Shown piece after piece: positions 19,112 through 29,334 of a stretch of DNA of 63,150 bases; position 1 is the stretch's first letter; every line of letters starts with the position of its first letter. Both the position numbers and the translations under genes were made by a program. Source of the stretch: a virus. Taxonomy: Duplodnaviria; Caudoviricetes. The notes beneath the pieces were generated by a model, which saw only the letters and a program-made list of their open reading frames with translations, searched no databases and was not told the DNA's origin. The DNA is taken from positions 1 to 63,150 of IMG/VR virus record IMGVR_UViG_3300027872_000005; one strand, 5' to 3'.

Positions 19112-20026
19112 ATGGACCTATTAGCTGCTATCCAAGCCATGTTTAGCGGCGGTGGAATGGCTCCGGCAACCGGTTCTGTCCCTACCGCAGCTAACGTTGC
19201 TCCGGGTGCACCGCCGATGCCGTTGGGGCAGGCGGCAGGGGGGAGTCCGATGGCCGGGGGCGTACCGGCCGCACCAGGCATCGATCAATATCAGCCGCAA
19301 AACGGGCCGCTTGGCAGATTTCTCGCCACTATGTTTGGAGAGGGAGTCCCAGATCGGGTCCGGGATACTCTTGCCGGCATGGGTGCTGGCGATCCAACAC
19401 AGCCGTTCCTTACGAATTTGGGGCAGGGAGCAACAGGGGCGAGGGTCAGTCGCAAGGAACGGCTTGACCGAAAGCGCGATCTGGCGACGAAAAAACGCGA
19501 TGATGACCGGATAGAAGCCAGAATGGGCAACGAAGAAGAGCGATTGAGACTGTTGCGAGAAAACGCCGGACGCGCTGCCACAAAAGACAAGTGGAGCAAT
19601 CTCGACAAGGCATCGCAGATCATCACGCGAGAGTCAAAACGCCGGTTGAAAGAATCCGGCGACTATCTGACGACAGATCAACAATTCAAACTTTTCAAAC
19701 TCGTCCGAGAAGAAGTCGAAGCCGAAATGGGGGAGCCGGATGATTATGAAGGTTGGAGCGAAGAGGAACTTGCCAAGATAGAAAAACTGACCGAAAAATG
19801 GACCGATTATTACCGTGAGAAATTGAAAAGAGGGAGTGTTACGACGCCAGCCACGGCTGATCTTGGCGTTCCGGTCGCCGATCCTGCAACTGGCATTTTC
19901 ACCCTTCCGCCTGGATTAACGCCGGAACAGCAGAAGGAATGGTTTGAACAGATTCCTCCCGGCACCCCGGAAAACCCCACAAGAGTCATCAATCCAGCTA
20001 CTGGTCTGGAAGTTGAAAAAGAATGA
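19112..20026 (+). CDS. Probable internal virion protein
   Basis: Gly/Pro-rich N-terminus, charged helical core; position. Confidence 0.6.
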   Translation: MDLLAAIQAMFSGGGMAPATGSVPTAANVAPGAPPMPLGQAAGGSPMAGGVPAAPGIDQYQPQNGPLGRFLATMFGEGVPDRVRDTLAGMGAGDPTQPFLTNLGQGATGARVSRKERLDRKRDLATKKRDDDRIEARMGNEEERLRLLRENAGRAATKDKWSNLDKASQIITRESKRRLKESGDYLTTDQQFKLFKLVREEVEAEMGEPDDYEGWSEEELAKIEKLTEKWTDYYREKLKRGSVTTPATADLGVPVADPATGIFTLPPGLTPEQQKEWFEQIPPGTPENPTRVINPATGLEVEKE

Positions 20027-23000
20027 CGCTTATCGAGGATAAGGTCTATGAATTGTTGGGCGGCGTTGAAGAGACGGAGCCGATCGATCTATTAAAGTTG
20101 CCGGGGTTCAAACCAGTATCCGACACCCCGATTCCACGGGCAAAGCCCGTCAAGGCTGAACCAATCGATTTGTTGAGTATGCCGGGATTCAAGCCGGTAG
20201 AGCCGGTCGAGCCGGACTTGTCAGCTTCTGCATCCATCCCCTCCGATGAGGCATACGCCGCTTGGAACGAGAAAGAGGGAGTCGAAATACCGGCCCTGAA
20301 ACCACGTATCGAGCGCGGCGTCGATACTGACGTTCTGGATTCCGCCTTCGAGCGCACGGGCGAAGTGCCGCTGATGCGTAAGGACGAGTTTTCCGAGTGG
20401 GCCAGCGACATTCATCAAAAAATAAGCCAATCACCGGCGGGGCCGCATTTCTTCAAGCATCTGGACGAATTGCGCGATGGTCGCATGACGTCGGCTGAGT
20501 TCGAGAAAAAGGTAAGGTCTGAAATCCTGCCAGGCTCCGTTAAGGGTGGGGAACAGGCCAAACCATTAGAGCCAAGCGAGGACGCCTATCTGGAAGGCGT
20601 AGCCGGGACAGCACGGTTCACGGGTGGGCCGGGACAACTGGAAAATCTCGACCAGCTTCTTCCAGAGAGTGTTTTTGGCGATTATGGCCGGCTTACGGAA
20701 AAACAGGGGATTCAGGAGGTCAAGGAAAGATTGCCAGCGGATGTGGCCAAAGCGAAACAATTGATGGAGGAATTGCCGGAGGAACAGGAACGTAGCAGGA
20801 CACCGGGTCTGCTTGAGGAAGGTGGGCCGCAGAATCTACGCGGTGAAATGCTGAAAAGGGAACGCAAAGGACGCTACGAGCAGCGTTCCAGAGAGGCCCT
20901 TGAGGCGTTTCAGAAAGTTCTCAAGGATCGTAGCCAGCTTGCAGGCGAAATGCCGCTTCCGAAATTTTCCAAAATGAGAGACGCGCTTGATCGTTTCGCT
21001 TTTGGACTTTTCCAAGCTGTGCCAGGCGTGATGAAATGGAGCGGCATTGCTGCTGGAAATGTCATCCCCGGCGTCGATGAGGCGAACGCCGTTAAAAAGG
21101 CCGGCGATTATATGGAGGAACGGCTGCTTAAAGCCTTCCCCGGTGACGAGACGCGGGCAGATGATTTAATATCCGGCCTGGCGGGCGGCGGCGGGTCGAT
21201 GGGTGGATTTGTGGCTGGCGGCGGCTTGATGGGCGGCCTTTTCAAGATGTTGGGGATGCCGGCCCGTGCGGCGCGTACTACCGGCGTTGCAGCGATTGGT
21301 GGCGCTGTGGAAGGGCCGGGCGGCTACGAGGATGCTGTAAAGTTCGGCGCTACGGCAATTCAGAAATATACGGCGTTTTATCTCAGAACCGGGCTTGGCC
21401 TGACCGAAGCACTGCCGATCGATCGTTTCTTTATGCGGCTGCAAAATCGCAGCGGTGGCAGGGTGTCAAGGATGCTGGCAAATACCCAAGCACAAGGCTT
21501 TGAGGAATTTCTGCAAGAGTTTGGCCAGAATGTCGGCGGTGATGTAATTGCAGCCGGCTTGGGCGATATTTTCCCCGGATATGACCCTGATCGAAAGATT
21601 GATTGGGACGCAGCGATCAAGAACGGCACAATCGGCGCTATCCTGGGCGGTATTATGGGTTTTGGCACCGGTATGCCCAGCGGGCACAAGCCGCCTAAAC
21701 TGCCAGACATCCCGCCTGAAATTGCCGAGCAAGAAGCCAGGCGTCGGATGCAGCCGCCGCCATCGTTCCCAGTGGAAGAACCTCCGGGGCCAAGCGCGGG
21801 ACCGGTCACACCACCGGCTCCCGTGGCTCCGCAGGCTCCCACGGTAGCTACCGAGCCCGAGCCGTCAGAGGGCGGCGTCCAGCCGCCAGAACCAGAAGAA
21901 GAAAAGCCGGAACAGGTAGCGAGCAGGGACGAAGCCGCTTTGCTGCGCGGTGCTGGCTGGATTGATAAAGAAATCTTCGGTATGGATAGGGAAGTTCTCG
22001 ATGTGAACCTTGAAAAAGCTCGCAAACAACGCGCGGAGCCTATCTATGACGATGATGAAATTCAAACGGAAGATGCTGGACCGGCGGCTGTCGAAACGCC
22101 AGGCGTACCAACACGAACTGAACCAGATGAAGGAGAGCCCGGACAAGAAGGTGTCGCAAGCGTCGAGGAACTCGACGAAACTGGCACTAAACCGGTGGAT
22201 CAAGACGCTGGACAAGGAGATCGACGTCCTGTTTCACCACCAGAGCCGACGAAGGAAATTGAGCCTGAGGAGCCCGAACCTTCCGTAGAACAATTTGAGC
22301 CGGAGCACATCGTCGATGACGATCCGGACTACGATGAGCGTATGGACGAATTGGAGGCCGAAGGCACGGCAGAAAAGCCGGTTGTCGTAGAAACGGCCGA
22401 GGATCTGGAACAGGCCGCAGCGGTGGCCGATCCGGACCCGCCAGAGGGCAAGATAAAAGCCGGCACCTATCAAAAGGGCCATGCCAAGATCCACGGCCTC
22501 GATGTAACAATCGAGAACGCCAAGGGCTCTGTGCGGCGCGGGCGGGGCGCTGACGGCAAAGCTTGGCGCGTCAAAATGCCGGCCGCCTACGGCTACATCA
22601 AGCGCACCGAAGGCGCAGACGGAGATCAGGTCGATGTCTACATCGGCGACGATCCCGCGAGCAAACAGGTGTTTGTCGTCGATCAGAACACCCTTGAGGG
22701 CGCGTTTGACGAGCACAAGGCCATCATGGGCGTCGGCACCGTCGAGGAAGCCCGTGCGCTTTATATCGAAGGTTTCTCTGACGGTAAGGGCGAGCAGCGT
22801 ATCCGTGCCATCACGGAAATTCCGATCGATGAGTTCAAGGAATGGGTCAAAAGCGCTGACTCAACAAAACCACTTGGTAGAGTTGACAAGCCCAAAAAGC
22901 CGCCGAAGCCGGGCACCCGTCCACAACTATCAACTGACGAGGCGACTTACAAAGGAGACTTAGTTCCTGCTGTTCGTGTGGGCGATGATTTATTTATAGG

Positions 23001-24264
23001 AGATACTCATCAAAGCGCACTCGCCAAAGCCGTTCAACATTTTGGTGAAGATAGTCCGGAAATCCGCGCCTTTGAAGCCCTCGACGATCCCATGCAAAAC
23101 ATTGGGACACTCAAAGGCAAACGACCTAGCGGTGTATCTAAGTTTCTAGCCGGTGTATCCGGCGACCCCAAAGCAATCGTCGATGCCATGAAAAAACGGC
23201 GGGACACAAAGCCGACCGCTCGTGGGCCATCTGATCCTGAATTGAGAATGGTCAAAATGCCGGCCCGGCGAATATTGAAAAAAGCTGGCGGCGTTGATCC
23301 CAAAAGTCCGCTTGCCGGCGAATTGCGGCACATGGGGATCACTAACAAATCGGCGCTTGGCCTGTTCAAAAAGGGTGGACGAACCGCGGTCGATAATTTT
23401 GTCGCCAGCGACCATGACATTTTCGCGAACATTGAAACCAATAATGGCTACGTTCCGCAAGAAGTGTTTTTTGAAGCGCTGCGCGATGAAATGTCAGGGG
23501 CGCCGTGGCGTTCGGTTGAAGAACAAACGGCGATCGATGAGTTCAAAGGCGCGATGCGCGGCGGTGATGAAGAGCAGCGGACTCGTGAGGACATCATTGC
23601 TCTGATCGAGGAAAATGGTGGTGAAGCCGATCAGGAATGGGTTAAAGCAGCGATGGATTTGGTCACGGCTGGTGAAGCCGTTGACGAAGCGATCGCGCTT
23701 GCCGCTGAAAACCTGCAAGTGAAAGAGGCGTCTGATGAAGATGCTATCGAAGAAGATGCAATCCCGTTTGGCGAAAGGCCACCTGAGTCTGAAAGAGACA
23801 CGGGAAGTCGTGAGCCAATTGCGCCGCCGCGAAGCGAGCGCATCCCCGCTGGAGAAGAAGATACTGCAGAGGCATCGGAAGCGGTTCGCGATGCTGGTCA
23901 GGATGAGGGCCAAACAGCAGTAGAGCCCGGCGCCGAAGGCAAGCCGCAAGGCGTCCTGCCTGGCACCGAGAAAATCAGCGACGCCGAACTGGCACAGCGC
24001 AAGGCTGACCAACGCCTCAAGCCCAAAGCAGATCAACAGCAGGCCGATGAAGGTCTGTTCAGCGACGACAGCCGGCAGGTTGATCAGGTCGATGAAGATC
24101 GCAAGCCAACCAAACCGCTTGATGATATCCACATCACCATCAAGGCCGACATTGCCGGCACCGAAGAGACGGCGACAATCCGCTTTACGGCGGTTGAGGC
24201 GCTGAAACTGGTCGATGACCGGATCGCTGGTCTGCAGCAGCTCAAGGATTGCGTGTCGGCATGA
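20023..24264 (+). CDS. Giant internal virion / polyvalent protein with inorganic-pyrophosphatase-like domain
   Basis: 1413 aa; hydrophobic Gly-rich helices; GTYQKGH...IENAKGS...YGYIKRTEGADGDQVDVYIG...FDEHK at about 22460-22850. Confidence 0.75.
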   Translation: MTLIEDKVYELLGGVEETEPIDLLKLPGFKPVSDTPIPRAKPVKAEPIDLLSMPGFKPVEPVEPDLSASASIPSDEAYAAWNEKEGVEIPALKPRIERGVDTDVLDSAFERTGEVPLMRKDEFSEWASDIHQKISQSPAGPHFFKHLDELRDGRMTSAEFEKKVRSEILPGSVKGGEQAKPLEPSEDAYLEGVAGTARFTGGPGQLENLDQLLPESVFGDYGRLTEKQGIQEVKERLPADVAKAKQLMEELPEEQERSRTPGLLEEGGPQNLRGEMLKRERKGRYEQRSREALEAFQKVLKDRSQLAGEMPLPKFSKMRDALDRFAFGLFQAVPGVMKWSGIAAGNVIPGVDEANAVKKAGDYMEERLLKAFPGDETRADDLISGLAGGGGSMGGFVAGGGLMGGLFKMLGMPARAARTTGVAAIGGAVEGPGGYEDAVKFGATAIQKYTAFYLRTGLGLTEALPIDRFFMRLQNRSGGRVSRMLANTQAQGFEEFLQEFGQNVGGDVIAAGLGDIFPGYDPDRKIDWDAAIKNGTIGAILGGIMGFGTGMPSGHKPPKLPDIPPEIAEQEARRRMQPPPSFPVEEPPGPSAGPVTPPAPVAPQAPTVATEPEPSEGGVQPPEPEEEKPEQVASRDEAALLRGAGWIDKEIFGMDREVLDVNLEKARKQRAEPIYDDDEIQTEDAGPAAVETPGVPTRTEPDEGEPGQEGVASVEELDETGTKPVDQDAGQGDRRPVSPPEPTKEIEPEEPEPSVEQFEPEHIVDDDPDYDERMDELEAEGTAEKPVVVETAEDLEQAAAVADPDPPEGKIKAGTYQKGHAKIHGLDVTIENAKGSVRRGRGADGKAWRVKMPAAYGYIKRTEGADGDQVDVYIGDDPASKQVFVVDQNTLEGAFDEHKAIMGVGTVEEARALYIEGFSDGKGEQRIRAITEIPIDEFKEWVKSADSTKPLGRVDKPKKPPKPGTRPQLSTDEATYKGDLVPAVRVGDDLFIGDTHQSALAKAVQHFGEDSPEIRAFEALDDPMQNIGTLKGKRPSGVSKFLAGVSGDPKAIVDAMKKRRDTKPTARGPSDPELRMVKMPARRILKKAGGVDPKSPLAGELRHMGITNKSALGLFKKGGRTAVDNFVASDHDIFANIETNNGYVPQEVFFEALRDEMSGAPWRSVEEQTAIDEFKGAMRGGDEEQRTREDIIALIEENGGEADQEWVKAAMDLVTAGEAVDEAIALAAENLQVKEASDEDAIEEDAIPFGERPPESERDTGSREPIAPPRSERIPAGEEDTAEASEAVRDAGQDEGQTAVEPGAEGKPQGVLPGTEKISDAELAQRKADQRLKPKADQQQADEGLFSDDSRQVDQVDEDRKPTKPLDDIHITIKADIAGTEETATIRFTAVEALKLVDDRIAGLQQLKDCVSA

Positions 24265-24668
24265 TCACGATCACCGAAGACGGATTGGCCAGGCTCAAGG
24301 TTCGAGGCGCACAGATCCGGCGCAGCGACGACAAAAAGAGAGTCGAACCGACTCTGATCGCCAAAAAGGTTGCCGAGAAAGTTCTGTCGAAGCCGGAAGT
24401 GCCGGGGCTCAACATTCTACCGTTCATCAAAAAGTCGTTGCCATCGTTCGATTTCTCGATGAAGCGCGACAAGCAAGGTTGGCTGACATCGGTATCGGCA
24501 AAATCGATCGGCGCCGACAAATCGAAGGTCTACGAATTTAAGATGGAGCGCGACAAAAAAGGCTTGTTGAAATCCGTCCAGATGGACTCTGGAACGAAGC
24601 ATTACAAATTCACCATGAATCGTGATAAAAAGGGATTCCTCAGTACGATCAAAGCTAAACCCGTCTGA
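24261..24668 (+). CDS. Basic protein with three FxMxRDKxG repeats
   Basis: FSMKRDKQGWL, FKMERDKKGLL, FTMNRDKKGFL. Confidence 0.7.
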   Translation: MITITEDGLARLKVRGAQIRRSDDKKRVEPTLIAKKVAEKVLSKPEVPGLNILPFIKKSLPSFDFSMKRDKQGWLTSVSAKSIGADKSKVYEFKMERDKKGLLKSVQMDSGTKHYKFTMNRDKKGFLSTIKAKPV

Positions 24669-24682
24669 TCATTGGAAAAATT

Positions 24683-26029
24683 ATGAGCGATCGAATGCAC
24701 GTTGCGATCGTGGCCCTTGGGCCATCGTCGATGCAGTTTTTGAAATACGCAGAAGGGGCCGGTGGTTCCAAGTCGTACTGCGATGAAGTTTGGGGCGTCA
24801 ACATGAACGGCGGCGTCCTGCAATGCGATCGGATCTTCCACATGGATGATTTGAAAATACAGGAAATGCGTATAGCCTACGGCTCTCCAATCGCCGAGAA
24901 GCTAACGGGTATGCTCGCCTGGATGAAAGATCATCCCGGGCCGATCTACACGTCTCGCGCCTATGCTGACTATCCGGGCTCGGTGGATTATCCGCTTGAG
25001 GACGTCATTCGCGCCACCGGGGCGCCCTATTACAACAACACGGTGCCTTATGCGCTGGCTTTAGCGATCTCGCTGCCGGTCAAGAAAATGAGCCTTTTCG
25101 GCTTGGATTACACCTATCCCGATAGCCAGGCGGCCGAAACCGGCCGCGCCTGTTGCGAATATTGGCTTGGCCGAGCACACGGCATGGGCATTGAGGTTTT
25201 CATCGCACCGGAATCGACACTGATGGATGTGTGCAAACCGGTTTCGTCGAAATTCTACGGATACGACACCCTCGATGTGTCGGTCGAAATCAAGAATGGC
25301 GACGTGCAGGTTCGCACCAAGCCGAAGCTGAAACTGCCCGATATCGGTGAGATTGAGCGCACCTACAATACTTCGGCATGGGCCTGTCGGTCCAAGCATG
25401 AAGTCCGTGGTGGTGAAGCGCTGGACCGGCTAATGGCCTATGAGGACGTGAAAACCGTTCTTGATGTCGGTTCGGGCGAAGGTGAACAGGCGCAGATCAT
25501 GCGCGATGCGGGCTTAAAGGTGACGACTGTTTCCTATATTCCGCCGGCCGACATCGTAGGCGACTTTAACAAAGCGCTGATCCCCGTCCCGTCCGTCACC
25601 GATAAAGACGGCAACGATATCAACGGATTTGACGCTATTTGGGCGAGTCACACGCTCGAACATCAAGTGGACGTCCATACGTTTTTGAAAAGGTGCCATC
25701 AGCTTTTGCGAGACGATGGTGTGTTTGCGGTCACTGTGCCGCCGTCGCGAGACGGTGTTCTCGGTGGCCATGTTACCCTGTGGAACACAGGTTTGGTTTT
25801 ATACAATCTGATCATAGCGGGTTTTGACTGCTCCGAGGCGCGAGTCTCAGGGTGCTACCCCTGCGCACTGAACGAAGTTCCTTACAATCTCAGCGTGATT
25901 GTTCGCAAGAAGACCGCTCAATTGCCGGATCTGGATATGGATTTTGGCGATATCGGGCGGCTTCAAAACTTCTTTCCGGTTCCCGTTGCGCATGGGTTCG
26001 ACGGCAACCTCACACCTGTTCGATGGTAA
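24683..26029 (+). CDS. Fusion of a glycosyltransferase-like (GT42/Maf-like) domain and a class I SAM methyltransferase
   Basis: N-terminal VAIVALGPS, EVWGVN, SLFGLD; C-terminal VLDVGSGEG, FDAIWASHTLEH. Confidence 0.7.
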   Translation: MSDRMHVAIVALGPSSMQFLKYAEGAGGSKSYCDEVWGVNMNGGVLQCDRIFHMDDLKIQEMRIAYGSPIAEKLTGMLAWMKDHPGPIYTSRAYADYPGSVDYPLEDVIRATGAPYYNNTVPYALALAISLPVKKMSLFGLDYTYPDSQAAETGRACCEYWLGRAHGMGIEVFIAPESTLMDVCKPVSSKFYGYDTLDVSVEIKNGDVQVRTKPKLKLPDIGEIERTYNTSAWACRSKHEVRGGEALDRLMAYEDVKTVLDVGSGEGEQAQIMRDAGLKVTTVSYIPPADIVGDFNKALIPVPSVTDKDGNDINGFDAIWASHTLEHQVDVHTFLKRCHQLLRDDGVFAVTVPPSRDGVLGGHVTLWNTGLVLYNLIIAGFDCSEARVSGCYPCALNEVPYNLSVIVRKKTAQLPDLDMDFGDIGRLQNFFPVPVAHGFDGNLTPVRW

Positions 26030-26047
26030 CAGAGAAGGAATTTTGCC

Positions 26048-26476
26048 ATGTCGAAATCTGACGCTTTTGAAAATGATCTCATTGACTTGATCTTCAATGC
26101 GATCGCGATTGCCAATTTGGCCGATAATGCCTCCGTTTCGCCGTTGATTGTCTTGCAGATTTCCCTGCATACGGGCGACCCAGGCGAGGCCGGCACTCAG
26201 GCAACCAGCGAAACGACCTACGGCACCTATGCCCGTATGCCTGTGGGCCGTACAACGACCGGCTTCCTTGTCACCGGCAATCAAGCCTTTCTCCGCGCCA
26301 ACCTGGCGTTTTCCACACCAACATCCGGTTCCGGTACAATCTCGCACTTTGGCGTTGGTACGGCCACGTCAGGTGCCGGCATTCTCTATTATTCCGGTAC
26401 GGTGACGCCGAATATCACGATCTCAACCGGCATTACGCCAACGCTGACTACCGGGTCCAACGTTTCCGAGGATTGA
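26048..26476 (+). CDS. Small tail-fibre-associated protein
   Basis: ISLHTGDPGEAG, YGTYAR, TISHFGV, GILYYSG pattern of phage minor tail proteins. Confidence 0.65.
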   Translation: MSKSDAFENDLIDLIFNAIAIANLADNASVSPLIVLQISLHTGDPGEAGTQATSETTYGTYARMPVGRTTTGFLVTGNQAFLRANLAFSTPTSGSGTISHFGVGTATSGAGILYYSGTVTPNITISTGITPTLTTGSNVSED

Positions 26477-26479
26477 TAA

Positions 26480-27154
26480 ATGGCGCTGATCTTCAAGGAT
26501 CGCGTCAAGGAAACAACCAGTACCACCGGCACTGGTACGTTTACGTTGACAGGCGCGGTCACGGGTTTTCGGGCGTTCTCGGATATCGGGGACGCCAACA
26601 CCTGTTTTTATGCGGCCATCAACGAGGCCGACGACGAGTGGGAAGTCGGCGTCGGCACCTATACGCTGTCAGGGACGACGCTTGCCCGGACAACGGTTCT
26701 GAACAACCATCTTGGCACTACGGCGACGGTCGCGTTCACCAGTACGCCGATCATCTTCTGCACCCTGCCGGCCGATAAGGTTTTCAACAAATCCGGGATC
26801 AGCTTCACCATCGATGGTGGCGGTGCTGTCTTAACGGCCGGTGAGAAGGGCCATATTTTTGTCCCGTTCGATTGCACAATCACCCAGGTATCGGCGTTTG
26901 GCGATGCAAGTGGCACGGTAACGGTCGATATCTGGAAAGACACCTACGCGAATTTTCCGCCCGTAAATGCCGATTCCATAACGGCATCGGCGCCGGTCGC
27001 GCTGTCTACGGCACAAAAATATCAGGATTCGACGCTAACCGGCTGGACAGTAGACATTTCGGCGGGTGATGTCCTTGCCTACAACGTCGATGCCTCGCCT
27101 ACCCCCGCGACCATCACCAGACTCACAGTCGCTCTCGATGTGACGAAGACATAG
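26480..27154 (+). CDS. Fibre adaptor protein
   Basis: DRVKETTSTTGTG...WEVGVGTY N-domain; beta-sandwich-like C-domain. Confidence 0.65.
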   Translation: MALIFKDRVKETTSTTGTGTFTLTGAVTGFRAFSDIGDANTCFYAAINEADDEWEVGVGTYTLSGTTLARTTVLNNHLGTTATVAFTSTPIIFCTLPADKVFNKSGISFTIDGGGAVLTAGEKGHIFVPFDCTITQVSAFGDASGTVTVDIWKDTYANFPPVNADSITASAPVALSTAQKYQDSTLTGWTVDISAGDVLAYNVDASPTPATITRLTVALDVTKT

Positions 27155-27163
27155 GACGATCAA

Positions 27164-27628
27164 ATGGCTCTCCCGACACACCGAAAAGATGAAACGCTCG
27201 ACAAGGTTTTCCAGAATGTCTTGCGCGATGCAGCCCGTGCCCGTGGGATGGCCAAGGGCATGTCGGACGACATAGGAGCGGGGCGCGATGTGCAGGTCCG
27301 CATCATCACACACCTGTATGAAGATTTGTGGTCAATCCTTGGACGGATGCCCGGATATCGGGCAACTACCGGCATTGCAGTCTATGTGGAAGAGCATTGG
27401 GATGGCGATCCTGCCTTGAATGCTACGGTTGAGTTCGATGCGATGGAGACGGCGATTGCTGCTTTTCTGACGATTGTTGACAACAATATCGACAAATCAG
27501 CCAACGGCTATATCGAGGAACGCAAGATCGAGGCCGATGGCAGTCTGACGTGGCACACCAAAACCGCCGTCGAACTGGCGACATTCAAGACCAAACTCGA
27601 TGATCTCATTGCTACAATTGCCTTGTGA
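27164..27628 (+). CDS. Hypothetical protein (fibre module)
   Basis: AGGA RBS; helical. Confidence 0.7.
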   Translation: MALPTHRKDETLDKVFQNVLRDAARARGMAKGMSDDIGAGRDVQVRIITHLYEDLWSILGRMPGYRATTGIAVYVEEHWDGDPALNATVEFDAMETAIAAFLTIVDNNIDKSANGYIEERKIEADGSLTWHTKTAVELATFKTKLDDLIATIAL

Positions 27629-27634
27629 TCCGCT

Positions 27635-28285
27635 ATGGCCGTACCCGTCTTTGAGAGCAAAACGCTTACGGAGTTTGATACCGAAACCACGTCGCCGACT
27701 TTTGATATGCCGGCGACGCGGCCTGATGATGATCTCTATATTGCGCTATTGTACGCTGACGGCAACAGTTCGTATTCCAGTCCACCGGGTAACTGGACAT
27801 CTTTTTACAGTGTAACTCCGGGCGCTGAAGGGCCGCGAATTGCGGGCTATTGGTGGATAGGTGACACGGAGCCTGCAACATATTCCATCACGTCTGGCAA
27901 TGAGAAACAGGCGGGGGTAATCGTCCGGCTTTCAGGGACACACCTGACCGATCCTGTTGATGTCGTAGGAACTGATAGTGGTAACACGGGAGCAACCAAT
28001 CAGTTTGCACCAGATATCACAACGACAGTCGATCTGACCCTTGTCCTTCGTGTGTTGGGCGCTGACAACGTGTTTGTCACGGCCCCCACTACATCAATCC
28101 AGAATGGCGCTACCGCCGGTCCGGGCGGGGTTGGTTATGGGGCCTCACGCGAGACAGGCCCAAACCCGGCAGGCGTGACCGGAACAGCACAGTTCTCGCA
28201 TAGTTCTGCAAAATGGTCATCTGGAACATTCTCTATAAAGGGGCCTGACGCAGGAGCGTTTTCCTTTGGCTCAATTCTGCATTGA
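27635..28285 (+). CDS. Putative receptor-binding / fibre-tip protein A
   Basis: Ser/Thr-rich beta protein; paralogous to next gene. Confidence 0.55.
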   Translation: MAVPVFESKTLTEFDTETTSPTFDMPATRPDDDLYIALLYADGNSSYSSPPGNWTSFYSVTPGAEGPRIAGYWWIGDTEPATYSITSGNEKQAGVIVRLSGTHLTDPVDVVGTDSGNTGATNQFAPDITTTVDLTLVLRVLGADNVFVTAPTTSIQNGATAGPGGVGYGASRETGPNPAGVTGTAQFSHSSAKWSSGTFSIKGPDAGAFSFGSILH

Positions 28286-28296
28286 AGGAGTGAAAA

Positions 28297-28953
28297 ATGG
28301 CTGTTCCAACAATAGCGGCATCAGGTGCCGGTGCGGTTTCCTTCTCTACGGATCTGAATGTTCCCTATCCTGCCGGAATTACTGCCGGAGATTTGCTGTT
28401 CGTTCATACCGTTATTAGCAGTTCCGTGGGAATGAACATTCCGGCTGGATGGACGGAGGTAAGAAATACCGGCGCCACCGATCCACGGGCACAGGTTTTT
28501 CGCAAAATCGCGGATGGCACTGAAACTGGCAACCTTACGATTTCAACAGCTTCCAGCAATACCGTTCGCACCGGCCGTATGCACCGTAGCGATGATGCCG
28601 ATACCATCGAAGCCGTTGTCAACAATACCGGTGCCGGCCGTACTGTTTCGCATCCTGACATCACGACGCTCACCGCTGACAGTCTGGTGTGCATGTTTAC
28701 GGGTATCAGAAACGATGAAGCGGCATTATCATTTACTGGCGAGACAGGTGGCGATCTGACGCTGTTGAACGACTTTCTAACGACGACCGGATCGGATCAG
28801 GCTAATTCGTGTCAAACGGCCGATATGGCTTCTCCTGGGACAATTTCAGGAGGGACGTGGATAAAGCCATTAAGCGACAGTTGGACTCATATCGGCTTCG
28901 CAATTTACCACGCTCAAGTGCCGCTCAGTTCTCTCGGCTCGGTCATGTTTTAA
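28297..28953 (+). CDS. Putative receptor-binding / fibre-tip protein B
   Basis: MAVP start, PAGITAGDLL, PAGWT, PDITT shared with 27635 gene. Confidence 0.55.
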   Translation: MAVPTIAASGAGAVSFSTDLNVPYPAGITAGDLLFVHTVISSSVGMNIPAGWTEVRNTGATDPRAQVFRKIADGTETGNLTISTASSNTVRTGRMHRSDDADTIEAVVNNTGAGRTVSHPDITTLTADSLVCMFTGIRNDEAALSFTGETGGDLTLLNDFLTTTGSDQANSCQTADMASPGTISGGTWIKPLSDSWTHIGFAIYHAQVPLSSLGSVMF

Positions 28954-28965
28954 GAGTGGCCAGGC

Positions 28966-29334
28966 ATGGGAAAGGAGATCGAATGGATCATCTTCTACGA
29001 TGACGAAAGTTCGTTTTCATCGGTCGATGGTCCGCCTGGCGAGGCGCCGCGTGATGGCGTCCAGTGCATCGCTGTCGTTGACCGCGGCTGTGGCCATTAC
29101 ATTTTAAGCGAACAAGATTGGTATTGCTGGCACTTCGAGGACGATTGTTGGGTGCCACACGGATGGGCCGGAATGCTGCAATACCTGCGTAAACCGGGCG
29201 TTTTGAAGATTGTTCTTGAGGGATATGCCATCAAGGGCGAACGGCATTACAAGCAGCGCTCAAAGGCCCGGAAAGACCCAAGATTACCGCCTGTCACGGC
29301 TAAACCTCCAAGACAACTGGAGAATACGCCATGA
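28966..29334 (+). CDS. Hypothetical protein
   Basis: ORF coupled to next gene. Confidence 0.7.
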   Translation: MGKEIEWIIFYDDESSFSSVDGPPGEAPRDGVQCIAVVDRGCGHYILSEQDWYCWHFEDDCWVPHGWAGMLQYLRKPGVLKIVLEGYAIKGERHYKQRSKARKDPRLPPVTAKPPRQLENTP

